Below, one piece after another: positions 1-12,277 of a stretch of 64,000 nt of DNA. The notes beneath the pieces were generated by a model that made no database searches, was not told the origin of the DNA, and was given only the letters and a program-made list of their open reading frames with translations. The stretch comes from Balanoglossus misakiensis (taxonomy: Eukaryota; Animalia; Hemichordata), in NCBI GenBank assembly GCA_040954595.2, contig CM082595.2:3395943-3459942 (forward strand). The letters run 5' to 3'. Each line of letters begins with the position of its first letter. The first letter of the stretch is position 1. The position numbers and the translations under genes were made by a program.

Positions 1-83
1 ACCCAGCAAAATACACTGAAGGCGATGATGACAGATGCTACTCCTATGACCGGCTTCAGATTCTGTCGCTGCCTGAATAACAT
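1..83 (-). CDS. Probable first coding exon of a type II membrane protein; runs off the left edge
   Basis: ATG at 83 reads MLFRQRQNLKPVIGVASVIIAFSVFCW...: a short basic N-terminus then a hydrophobic signal-anchor-like stretch, with no stop before the edge. Family not identifiable. Confidence 0.45.
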   Translation of the reverse strand, partial: MLFRQRQNLKPVIGVASVIIAFSVFCW

Positions 84-1682
84 CGTGTTCCGAATCTACT
101 GTTTGTGTGACCCGTGAACACAAACAGTCTATCACACACTCACTCGCAGTTCTACTGGAAAGCCGGTTCACCCTGCGTGTATATTAATGCAGGGGGGCTT
201 CCAATAACGAAGATGTGTTTAGATTAAAGGTTTATATTAAATCGTGATTTTTATGATCGGGATTAGCACCGCTGACCCCAGCAATGAATGAGTGGGTTTC
301 TAACTGTGTTGCATGCGTGCGCACTGCACCATCTGACAGGTATCAGCAATCAGAGTCTGCCACGTCACGCGATTGATGTCGCTCAGTTGGTTTTGTTTTG
401 AATGCCGAGTCTCGGCTTTAAATCTGCTTTCAGAGTATTGTAATTATAACTGGTATAGGCTTACAAAATAATGAAAATATGCAAGCTTTAAAAGTACATT
501 GCTGACGTCACAGGAAGCTAGCGAGCGAGCGCTTGGGGAGCCTGTGGGGTGGGGGGGGAGTGAGAGAAAGAAAGAGAGGGCGGAGATGAGGAGAGAGAGA
601 GAGAGAGATTGAGAGGAGGGGCCGGAGAGACCAAAACCTCCAAAAGGAAAAAAAAATCTCCACACAAACCATATTCTTCACTCAAAAGTTTATTATTACA
701 GTCGCATGTTAGTTAAATAAAAATACATAATTTTATGTGACATTGGAATTTGTATCAAAATATTAATGTTGATTCGTTCCTTCATTCTTTTCACACGCAC
801 ACGCACACACTGCTTTCTAAGATTTGATTCAAAATCGCTAACCTTTTCAGTGGTAAATACTTCAGAATTGATTGCGAAAATTATACCGTAATAAACGCAT
901 AACTATAGTTGAAAATACGTGAAACAAGTCTTTTTATATGACTCAGAAATACTTGAGATGTCACGATAGATAGTTATCTGGCAAACTTGATTTCTTCGTG
1001 ACAAGCCTCTTTAAGTCTTTGAAGACAATACCAGGCGTCTTTTACTACTCTTCAGGCTCAAGCGAGTAAAATGTCTAATATTTATCGCTAAATATGATTT
1101 AAAATTAACAATATTCAAAAGTTTCAGAAACAGGAAGGCTAACATCGCCTGTGAATTATAATTATACAGTACATGTACTCAGTTTGACCAAGCTTCTATT
1201 CAGCAATATATTAAGCTTTCCACCAATCGGCTTGCATCTATTAAGTTTTCCACCAATCGGCTTGCAGCATTTGCACCATTTCCATGGCAACTAAAGCCTT
1301 TAAATGAATCCGTGTCAGCAACACGTAGACTGCCAGTAATTATTACTGTAGTTGGTGGTTGATTGTTTTTCGCAGCAAATTTATAAAGCAAACTTAAAGC
1401 TTCCAAGACTAGTAAGTTTTATAGAATATCCTGCCATCATTGAGTTTTGATAATACATTATCACGTGCATAATTTTTTTAACATGACAAAAGAAGGTGTT
1501 CGACTGTGCAGATCCTTGAAGAGAAATAAGTTTCAGGTGCCTCAGAAAAAATGGCTTTAGCTTCAGCAGTGTGTAAGACTTTTTCGGGTGATAGCTCCTT
1601 ACAGTGCTGTCAAAGTTTGTAGGTGCTCTCGGACCCAGTGTGGTCATTTTTTGTCGCGTTCAAATTCACCGGAAGTTGCCCT

Positions 1683-4600
1683 TCAAACTCGCCGGAAGTT
1701 GTCACATTCGCCATCTTTGCACGCTTGGCAAAGGTCTGCATTGTGTTGTTTTCTCGGCTTGCCGATCCTGCGGTCCATCCGGTAAGGCTGTTGCATGAAA
1801 CCGTAGTATGTCTGAGAAAGAGAAAGCAATGTTATGTCCGAATCCCTGATATCTTATCAAATCTATTTACTCAGCCATTTTGAATACAAGATTTGAGATA
1901 ACGTGCTTGCTTATAGTCTCGGTTACCCAGACGCCTTTGCTTCTTCCGATGCTCTCCAGAAAAGGGTCTGGGGAAATGCTATTGAAAGCTTTGTGAAACA
2001 AAACGGCCGATGTCAGGATTTTGATCATCGCCTGATTGGCTGAGCTGTCAGTATGACCCGGGTCACTGACTCTCGACAATGTGTGATTATTTGTCGTATC
2101 TTCATATCAACAGACCGGTACTTGTTGGTTGATGCGAAAGGCAAAAGGCGTCCTCTGTTAGCATTGTTGGAGAAATTATATGAAATATCTTTGGTAGACG
2201 ATTGTCGAAACTATTGCAGTGACCCGGGTCATACTGACAGCTCAGCCAATCAGGCGATGATCAAAATCCTGACATCGGCCATTTTGTTTTACAAAGCTTT
2301 CAATAGCATTTCCCCAGACCCTTTTCTGAGATCTGGAGAGCATCGGAAGAAGCAAAGGCGTCTGGGTAACCGAGACTAGCTTGCTTAACGATAACGTATT
2401 ATCCGCCATTTTGAATTCTAGATGGGTTTGATGACCAGCGCAGCAGAAGCTTGTCGCGGAGGGCGTACTCTCGCACAAACTCTACTCACCTGGCCGACTC
2501 TGTTATACACATTGGTGAGTACTTTTTGAACTTCTTCCGGGTACCACATGGCGAACTCGTAATTTCCCGTCTTGCAGCGTTGGCACTGTTGTCCATACAG
2601 CTTGAACTGAAGAAAACCTTCACCCATACTGTGGTTGAAATGGAACCAGAACACAATTCGCCCTTTCATAGACGTCCAACCATGTCCGCACGTCTTTTGA
2701 TGGATAGAATGAAAAAGAGGAGTTGGTATATCTAATGTTGAAATAATCCAATAGCTTTGATTTTACCCTAGTGTTCTGGTCTAAATTAGCCAAGTTCATG
2801 CAGACATAAATTAAAAGAAAGAGTGGGCTGTGTTTACCTGACAACAAAATCTAACTTTGGCGCTGTCTTTGAACCTTCTCCATTTTGGACTGGGCTGTCT
2901 GCCTGTCGGCGAGATGTACCACGCATGCGGAGAGTAGCTGATGAAGAGTCTGTTGAACTCACCGCGCCACAGTGCCTCGATTCTGTCAAAGACATGAAAA
3001 AATACCAGGCATGCGTTAACGTGGATTTTTTTCCTCCCAACAGTGAGTGGAAAATACATGAGGATGGATGGATGGGTTTGGATGGATGATTACTGGCCCG
3101 GCAGTATGATGCATTAAGGACACCCGTGGACGGGGAACGGAATGGCCGTCTTATATACTACGCCTGTCTATGCAAGCCGGCCCGCTACCGACCAAACCAT
3201 TACTGGGAGAGCATTCTCGACTGAGGTAAGCATCTGATATTGTTTGTCGCATATGGCGCCCTTTCCTGTGTACTGGTTCTCAAGTACCGTTTGGCAGCCT
3301 GTCAATTTGAGACGACAGGTCCTGACACCTCTGATATTTTTCACTTTCCTTGTTTGTATTTATGGTCCCCTCTGCAAATACACGCGCCACTGCAGACAAA
3401 ACCCGCTGTCGCTTCTGTCGTTCTCGAGTGGGCACCGCCCTTCTATCTCTGTTTGCTTTGTGTGACATCCGTCACATTCTGCAGAAGGACGAGGCTCTCC
3501 ACAATCCATGTAGTAAAAAAACACTCCAGGTTTGACTACTAGTAAATCAAGAACCGTTGCAATGAAACAGTATGATCCAGGGGGTTTACGTCACTACCAC
3601 CCAATCCGGCTAACGATTCGACAATGCGTCACGTCAAACTCATCATGCATTCACTGCAACGCCGCAACTCAAACCCATGTACTTGTAGTTCAAGTATTTC
3701 ACCTGCACAACAGACCGTTTCCACCTAACCCCACAAGGGATCACAACCGCCCATGCCCCCCCCCCATAAAGGCTACTTCAAACATAAATATTGTACTTAG
3801 CTTTCTTTGGCGTTAAAGTGAAAGATTATGAGAGGCCGTGATTGCTTTATGACACTTGACACTGAAATTTCTGCTGCCTGGCACACCATAAAGGTTTCAG
3901 TACAACGGTAACATATCACCAAACTCCCTGGTAGAATAAATATGTCGTTCTACGTTAAAAGTTTCTATAGCGCTGGCATGAAATGTGTTTAAAGTGTAAC
4001 ACACCCAACCGTACTTCTCAACGCTAACATGTCACATGGGTGCATACATTTTTATCAGTTTCGTCTGAAATCGTAACTTATTACCGATAAGTTTGTCATC
4101 TGTGCATAATCTGCATGTCACGACTCATTCAAAGTGTTGGGTAACTGTAAGGCAGTTTGAGAGATACGTTATAGATAGAAACATTGCATCGTGACGTTGT
4201 TATCGATTTCTGTCTAACGGGGTAGATGATTGGTCATTTCGGGTTAGCATATTCACGGCTTACCTATGGTGGGCGCGAACATATATCGGTAGGGAACCCG
4301 AACAAGGAAATAAACAACGAGAAATACCCGTCATGCTCTAGTTGTCACCTTGTCAAAGATATCCTGTTTGAGTTCCTGGTTCAAAACCTTTCGGTGGTTA
4401 TCCTAATTTCAGGTGTTGGCTGGAAGGGACAATGATTTTGTCGTCTGTTGTGGCAAGTGTTTAAAGTGAAATCGTTTCATGACCCCCCCCCCCCACAATG
4501 CAAGTAATTTATCTGGCACTTGTTAGTTTTAATAATTTCATTTATGATACGGAAGATCATAAAAAAGAAATGGATAATGCTTTCAGTTCCGATTTTGACA

Positions 4601-7600
4601 GATTAATTCAATACTACACGAATTTAGAAATTCCTCTGAAACCGAAGATTATCGTTCAAGGCAACTTCAGGGAGTTTCTCTCCACAAATTGATAATAAAA
4701 AGTGGTCATGTCACTGAACAATTTTGAGCAATCGCCGGTCGCAAGTTACAGACGAATGTCAAAAGTTTCCACAAGTTCAGAGGTCACCCTTGACACGGTA
4801 TGTTTTATCAGGGTGGGGCAGTGTTCAGTCATAATGCGACCGTACTCGCTCCTGGAGGAATCATTGTGACGGCTGAATAATGTACATGTACACTGAATAA
4901 CTTCGTTTCAAAGAAGAAAGTCGTGCTGCAAACCCCAATGCAAATACGGAAAAAAAGATTGATATCCTGGTGGTAGATAATACACACGTATTCTGGGGGA
5001 TGACTCAGTCAGTACCTAGTACCTAGCACCAACCGTCTCCGAATGCATATGCAATACTCCTATGCTTCGGATCACTGCGCCGGTGTCGGGTCATCCGGGT
5101 ATATTTGTTCGAGTTGCATAAGTTGGGGCATAGGGAACACTGCAAGATGAGAACCGGACCCAGACAACTATACCTGGGTAACCACAGTCTCGCTAGCAGC
5201 TTGCACTATCAGCGACCCCAGACCGAATGGCCTGCAAGCTTAAACTGTCGATGGGGAACCATGGCAATCTCTGCGCTGCAAACATACCTGCTGACGCGGC
5301 GGCAGTTTCGGCCAATCACGGGCCGGTATCCATATTTTGTGCTTTACACGCTACGATGGCAGATGCCAAGTGTTCCACTGGGTTGTCCCATAGACCCTGG
5401 AGAAATCAGACTTTTCCTTTAGGATCTATGGTTGTCCTTTCATTACGAAATATCCCTTGTCCTGGGGTGCGTGATAAGAGCAACTTAACCCGGGCGCCCG
5501 AATACGAGACACGGTGTCCCTAAAGTTTGCCGTGGGACATATTCGATAATTACCGTCTAAACTTACGCACTGCTTGTCCAAAGACCTTTCACGTTTCAGT
5601 AACGCTCAACAATGTTTTAATGTGTAAAGCAAGCACTGCTGAGAATGTGGGGGAGCTCATTACTTTTACCCTTTCACCACCATGGTTTGGTCCAAATCCA
5701 TTGTTCTCTATGGTAAAGTTGAACCTCTTAAGAAGGAACTGGGGGTGAAAGGTTTAGATGTGGTCTGATCACACTATCATGCTTCGCTTTCCCCGTTCTC
5801 TTTTTGTATCTTCCTGTTCGTCGGATTTGTCTACATAAATCAGTGAGCTTGTGCCCTCTCTTCTTTTCCCATCCCTCCCCACTCCTCTTTATCCTCCGCC
5901 TTAATTCTCCTCCCCCTCCGTCCGTCCGTCCGTCCGCCCCTTCTCTCTGTCTCTGCCTCCGACGGTGTACGTCCAGTATTTGATTGAATTTATCGATCGC
6001 GAAAACGTCTGCCAAAGAGCACTTTACAAGGAGGTGTGGCGGATTTCGACTCGATAACGTTCAGCAGTCACGGTTCTTGACTCTGTCTGCCATAAATAGA
6101 TTTGAAGTACATGAGTCCGATTAACCGATGACGTCTGGTCAAAGTTCCAATCCTTGAAATACTTTGCTGGGCCAATGCAATGTCAAATTTTGCTTGGTCG
6201 ACAAAGAATGCTGAAAACATATGGTGGTGTTGTTGTTGTTAGAAACGTCCGGCAAAAAGGAAAACAGTAAAGCTATGTGTATATTTATTCACATATAGTC
6301 CACCGGTTTTGCCTGCGAATGTCGACGTTGCGACCGATAACAACAATGTTAATCAGCCGGTCCTTTAAAATGTGTTTGACAGTGGCTGATATACAATATA
6401 GTCAACTAAGTCTCTTGGCGGTAGCTGAACAGAACCTGACAGTGTTTCGCGGTGGAAAGAAGGGCGGCCATTGAATCACACAGGTGGTTTCACCCCCCCC
6501 CCCCCCTGATATTTTAAGTCTTTTAAAATTTTCCCATTCAAAATGTGCTTAACACTTGCAGGGAACATGAGAGCGACGTAAATTGACTCTGAATGGAGTG
6601 AAGTATGTTCTATATACAAAGCTTATCGTGGATTCATAGAAAGCATGTATTCGGTCTAATTATAATCTGTTGAGAAATGGATACTTCTTTCCTGGTTTCG
6701 CAAGTATGTTTTCGCGGTAATCAATTTCAATAATGTATTTTGGGTTTGAGGAACACGTAGCAAGGTGACCTTGAAACATAACCTCTTCTCGTGACAAAGA
6801 CCAGAGGTCAAATTAGCACAATCTGGCCACAGACCCTCGAAGGTCCGATTGTCTGACCTATGTGGCCGGGTCAACGCTGCTATACCTTTTCACTTATAAC
6901 ATCCACCTTTCCCCCTCAGTATCACACAGTCTTTGATTTTATTATAGGAACTTGTAAAATGGGATCGTTGACTACAATGTCTTGTGTCATGTGATTTTAA
7001 CCACTGTAAGCTTATATCGCTCATCCTGTATAGTATACTAATGCGTCTGGACTTGTACGTAGTGCGCTTTTCAAAAACACAATTATCTATCACCTGACAC
7101 TGTGTCGTTCTTTTGTGTGCAAAAATCTCCCCAGGTTCCGCCTTGGTTGTTTACAGTTCGGGTGTCTATCGTACACGTAGCAGATTTGTGGGTTGCGTTT
7201 GCCCCAAAAAACGATGACGTCACAGAGGTCCTGTTTGGGTAAATCTCAGTTGGCCTGAGCACTCGGGTTTCTGGCTCGAAATTCTGTCGAAAACGCAAGA
7301 CTTCGCACTCAACTTGTTCGTGGAAATATACTGTCATGCAAATTGTTGTTTTGTTTCAGAAATATCTTGAAAGTTTTAGACAGATTGTCATATGGTCACT
7401 GTGTATATAAATCATGATGTGTAGATTTCAAAGCACGCTGTTATTTTCGCATATCGAAACTTGAACCAGTCGCTGATCCGCTCAGATTTATTTAACTATC
7501 AGCTCCACATTTGCCCACACTTCCGCCGTGGTTTCGTTTTTCTTCCAACAGATGTACATCAACTGAAAGCCATAAATTATCGTGCGTCACTTGTTCGACG

Positions 7601-9642
7601 ATTCCCCGCACTTGTACAAAATCGGTACAGAAATTATGGGAATTACTTAGTAGAGAAAACCTCATTGGAGAAAAATATATATGATGTTGACTTAGTTCTC
7701 TGTGTCACGAAATACAAAACATATGGCGATTCAAACGGAACGCCCAGGACATGCATCCCGGAGGCAGATCACTCAAGTTCTATCGCCACTGCGATTCACG
7801 AGACAAGATATGGCACTTTAATTAAATGTGGACATAAAACCAGGTTTTGCTTTCCCTTTCCATATTAGCAGCAAAGTACTTGGATATTCTGTTACATTGC
7901 CTGCGACTGTAAGTCGAAATTACGCTGTAAAATATTTATTGTTTTCAGTACTGTTCCTGTGTGTGACGTTGTGACAATGCGATACTGCAATAGTCAGACG
8001 TTTCGGGGAAAATACAGATCATATATAAAATGAATGGTGATTCCCCCCCCCCCCCAAAAAAAAGGTCTCGTTGTTCATTTCTGATTGTGACTAATGTCAT
8101 TGTGTTCATTTCGAATGAAATCAACATCAGTAGACGCTTTGGTATACAGGAAAAGTCGTGCGACGTTTCACTTTACCCACTTGACCATAACCCACGCTCG
8201 CGCAGAATTATTAAACGTGTAAGGCACCCCCTGCCTCGGGTTCCTCATATTTTACGAGAACATCAACAATTCATATTTGACTGAGACAATGACCGCTCAC
8301 GCTGAGTTGTTCGCAGCAAAGTAAAGGAGAACTAAATATTCCCTGTTAAACTATTTAAACTTCAGAAATTACCACGCCGTTGGCCCTCGACACGGTACAT
8401 GTCTGTTGTGATTTGTCAACTCCGGATACGCACGTGAATCTGTATATAAATTTAAATGTTTGGTTTAAGGAATAACGCCTCGAGTAAATTGTGTCTGGTG
8501 TTACATTGTAATTTCAATTCCCGTTTTTGTAAGCGCTAATATCATATACTTCAGTTCCGCATGTAACGAAACTGTGTTAGCGAAACCTGGGAACCCTGTT
8601 GATATAGTTTTGATGGGGTGTTTTGGACTTGGTTTTTGGTGCATCAGTCTCTATTTTCTTGTTTGCGTGGTCTTTTTATTCTTTATTTATTTATTTCACA
8701 ACCGTGGAGTTTAGGGTATTTGGTTTTGCTGAGGGTACGCCCACTAACGCATACAAAACTGACGTGAATGAGACACGCCGCTTTCACGGGAATGGTGCGT
8801 CCGTCTCACCTCGACGCGTCCACCACGCGCGCGCCCCGTGGAGTTTCGGGGAGGTCAGACCGACTTGGTTTTGCGTCGACAGTAACTTAGTTAGCGAGTC
8901 AAAATCTGCAAACAAAATCATACAATTGTCGTGGCCGCCAGGGTAAAACCACGAGCGGAATCTTGGCGTGTGATCTCCTGAAAATCCGTTCAGAGTTCAC
9001 TATAGAGAACAGTGGGCTCCTACACGGAAATAAAAAATCGCAAATAACAAACGTGGGTGATTTATTGTCGCGCCGGACTTTATCGAGCATTCACATCCAC
9101 GTTTAGACAAGACAGAATTTCAGCATTTTGTCATGGTTTTCGCTTGACACGGTTAGCTAAAAGTCCTCCATAGATTCCGTCAATATTCTTCACCGCGTGG
9201 TTTCTGTGTTGAACCCATATCGCGCTTGTACAATATAGGTAACGCGGTCACACACCGTGTCCGGTTTTTGAGTTACTCATTCGACTTAACAAATAGTTGG
9301 TGATTGCAAGAAAAATATCACTTAAAAAATATAAGCTGAGATATTACACTGGGAATTATTTTCTGTGGGCGTGTGTCCCTGCATGCGGTGTTTTTAGTGA
9401 TACGTAAGCAAAACTAATACTTATAGTGTGGTCGCATGTTCCACTTACGAGTTGGCCTCTAAGAGGGTTGGTGTTGGTGGCCCGGGCGATAGCAACATCG
9501 GTGGTCCGGGAATAACTTGGCCAACTGGCGGTGATAGCTTCTCGGGGAACATCGGGCTCAGCTCCAGCGGTGGTGTTACGGGATAGCTCGACCGTCTGTT
9601 CTTGCCTGGGACCGAAATCGGGGAGGCGCGGTACTCTGGCAT
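1683..9642 (-). CDS. zf-3CxxC zinc-binding domain protein (receptor-transporting protein RTP-like), ~223 aa, no transmembrane tail
   Basis: Exons (minus) 9449-9642, 2838-2982, 2490-2693, 1683-1811, all GT-AG with matching phases (2,0,0). Protein has W..EF..LF, FCCQTCGHGWTS, KLYGQQCQRC, YPEE and HNADLCQACKDGEC motifs typical of zf-3CxxC. The Pro-rich exon 1 (TC|GTAAGT donor) is linked by phase match across a ~6.5-kb intron and is less certain than exons 2-4. Confidence 0.85.
1914..2378. mobile_element. 465-bp non-autonomous foldback DNA transposon, TAG...CTA termini, 9-bp TSD (AcademH-like or Mutator-like)
   Basis: TIRs of ~155 bp starting TAGTCTCGGTTACCCAGACGCC; perfect flanking duplication GCTTGCTTA at 1905-1913 and 2379-2387; lies in the last intron of the zf-3CxxC gene. 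Confidence 0.9.
5669..5753. mobile_element. 85-bp piggyBac-like MITE, copy 1
   Basis: CCCTTTCACC...GGTGAAAGG termini in degenerate TTAA context; homologous copies at 48798-48882 and 50544-50629. Confidence 0.7.
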
Positions 9643-9646
9643 TGGT

Positions 9647-10284
9647 AAAAGTGAAACTTGGCGTAAACTATATAGAGCGCATTCAACATGTGACTATTAC
9701 TGGTAGTGGGTATGCCACTAGGTGGCGTGCTAGCTGGCCAATACGGGACGGCAAACTTCCGGGTTCCTTTCGGGGAAGTCCCGTCTTTTTATACTGAGGT
9801 TGCAGCGACCGACAAATTCTGAACAACTTTATTCTGTTGGTTCCTGGGTGGCGTTATCATTTTCTTCCGCAACAATGAAATATTACGGGAATGTATTTTG
9901 CGAAATACGGTCACGCGAGTTGACTGTCGTGAGTACGCGTTTGTAAATGTGCAAGTCACCAAGACCCAATTGTTCTGTTGGCCAGGGTAGTTTTAGTTTT
10001 CGTTCGGGGTCAGAGATTGTGTCGTTATTGATACTCGGAGCACGTCTCGCTCCTTCCAACAAACAACTGACAATAAACATTTTATCTTTCGAAAATAACA
10101 GAGTCGCTACCATTCAACCTCTCTCTCTTGTGCGCCGCGCGTTACCTATCCATATATATGTGGTATACATGTATATGGTGACGATGATTCCAAAAAACAG
10201 CTCCAAACCCAACCCAAACTATAACTTGCTTTAATCTACAGAGTGGTGCAACTTGAAAACGTTTAGGAATTTCCGGATTTTTCC
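9647..10284. promoter_or_regulatory. Divergent promoter region between the zf-3CxxC gene and SLC25A35, with kB-, IRF-, ETS- and CTCF-like motifs
   Basis: AAAAGTGAAACTT (9647-9659), CCACTAGGTGGCG (9715-9727), ACTTCCGG (~9755), GGGAAGTCCC (9773-9782), GGAATTTCC followed by GGATTTTTCC (10266-10284). Motif matches only. Confidence 0.45.
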
Positions 10285-10745
10285 ACAGATGCGAAAATAG
10301 TTTTAGAAGTATTTAAACCAAGTGAGGTTCCTCGCGGTAATTTTTAGATAGGAGAACCAAGTTATCTATAAAAAAAATAATTGAAATACCAACCAACAGA
10401 TGTGATATTGTCAAAATACTCCGAATGATTGATTTACATGAAAACATAATCAAGTTTGAACAAACAGCAAAATACGGAAATATTCTAAAAACTCTTATTA
10501 ACGTGTGCCATTGTTTTATCGCCCTCTATAGATTGTTCATGAAAACGAAAGGCTTTTATCAGCGAAGGCTGGGTCGACCACCCCTACTTCATAATGGTAC
10601 TACCGGTTGCGCCGGCCGTGTCAAAGGTCACGCTGGGATCATGGATGTAAACAGGTAACACCTCCAACACGTTTACATGCACTCTTTACACGGCAACTCG
10701 CTCACTACCGAGAGTTGAATGTGTTGATGTAAGAACTGACGAAGC

Positions 10746-12277
10746 ATGATAGAGTTTCTACTCGGAGGGATCGCCGCTTGCGGTGCGGGGTTTTTCACCA
10801 ATCCGCTAGAAGTTGTGAAAACACGCATGCAGTTACAGGGAGAGCTGAGGGCGAGAGGGACATACGTGAAATCATACAGAAACGTCTTCCACGCGTTTTT
10901 CACGATCGGTAGAGTGGATGGACTTTTAGCGCTGCAGAAAGGTCTCACCCCGGCGTTGTATTACCAGTTTCTCATGAACGGCACGCGGCTGGGAACTTTT
11001 CAGTGTTGCGTGAATTTTGGACTCGTGAAAGACAGTGATGGCAAGGTGATTTATTGGAGAAGCGTCGTAGCGGGCGCTTTGGCCGGTACCGCAGGAGCCG
11101 TGGTTGGGAGCCCTATGTACCTGGTAAATATATATTTTATTTTTTAAAATACTAGAATAAATGTATGAAAAGTATCTGTTAGGGTTCTGTGTTCGTGGAA
11201 CATTTGCTATTCTTGTAATCAACCCTACCAAATGTGTTGTAGTGTCCTTGACCCTGAATGTATCAGAAAACAAGGTGACCTTGTAACTAAGGAAGTTGTA
11301 AAAAAAGTTGTAAGGAATTACTAGTATGTACGACCGCATGTAAACTGTGACACTCGACACTATGTGGCATTCCTCAACAATTTCCATTTCTGATCCTCAC
11401 AGGTGAAGACCCACCTGCAGTCGCAGGCGACGGACATAATCGCCGTCGGACACCAGCACAGCCACCAAAGCTTCTCCCAGGCCCTCAGAGGCATCTTCAA
11501 GAAACAGGGCGTCGCTGGATTGTGGAGGGGTGTCTCGGGGGCCATCCCTCGCGTAATGGTTGGGTCCGGCGCCCAACTGTCGACGTTCGCAAACACCAAG
11601 GAATATGTCGAGAAGTCACAGGTGAGTGTGTCCTACATTGGATTATTATGGAAATTATATGCAGTATGTTTATTCTTGTTATGGTGTGATGTGCACTTTT
11701 CTGTTACAGTCTAGGACCTGAGTAATGTACTGAATACATTAACACACATACAACTTGTATGTGTATAGTCAGCACTATTGTGCAAAATACGTATTCAAGT
11801 CTGGACTAGAATTCATTTGTCATCAATAAAAATGGCCATTACACACATACAGGCTATGTTGACAAGTGGAGTACTGGTTATATGCTGTTTGAAGTAGAAC
11901 CATTTGATACACAAAACAAAAATACTGAAAATAAAGGAATGTCCTTTTTTGCACAATAGATGTTCAAGCAAGGCAGTTGGATGATTCCACTCACTGCGAG
12001 TTGCATGAGCAGCGTGGTGGTAACGGCCGTAATGACCCCCTTCGACGTGGTCAGCACCAGGCTCTACAACCAAGGTGTGGACGCCCGCGGAAAGGGCGAA
12101 TTCTACAACGGCTTCTTTGACTGCTTCCTGAAGATTTTCAGGAAAGAGGGCGTGTGGGGTTTCTACAAGGGCTGGGCGGCGTCCTATTTCCGGTTGGGTC
12201 CACACACTGTGTTAAGTTTGATCTTCTGGGATAAGCTGCGATCTCTCTATCTGAAGGTCCAGGAGGATAAGATATAA
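10746..12277 (+). CDS. SLC25A35: Mitochondrial carrier SLC25A35/SLC25A34-like, 304 aa
   Basis: Exons 10746-11123, 11403-11621, 11960-12277 (phase 0, GT-AG). Three carrier signatures ([32 protein letters not shown]) and C-terminal [12 protein letters not shown] typical of this subfamily. Confidence 0.93.

Noticed and set aside
1209-1270. ~31-bp tandem duplication with CCAAT
   Set aside because: Ordinary local duplication in the presumed 3'UTR of the zf-3CxxC gene.
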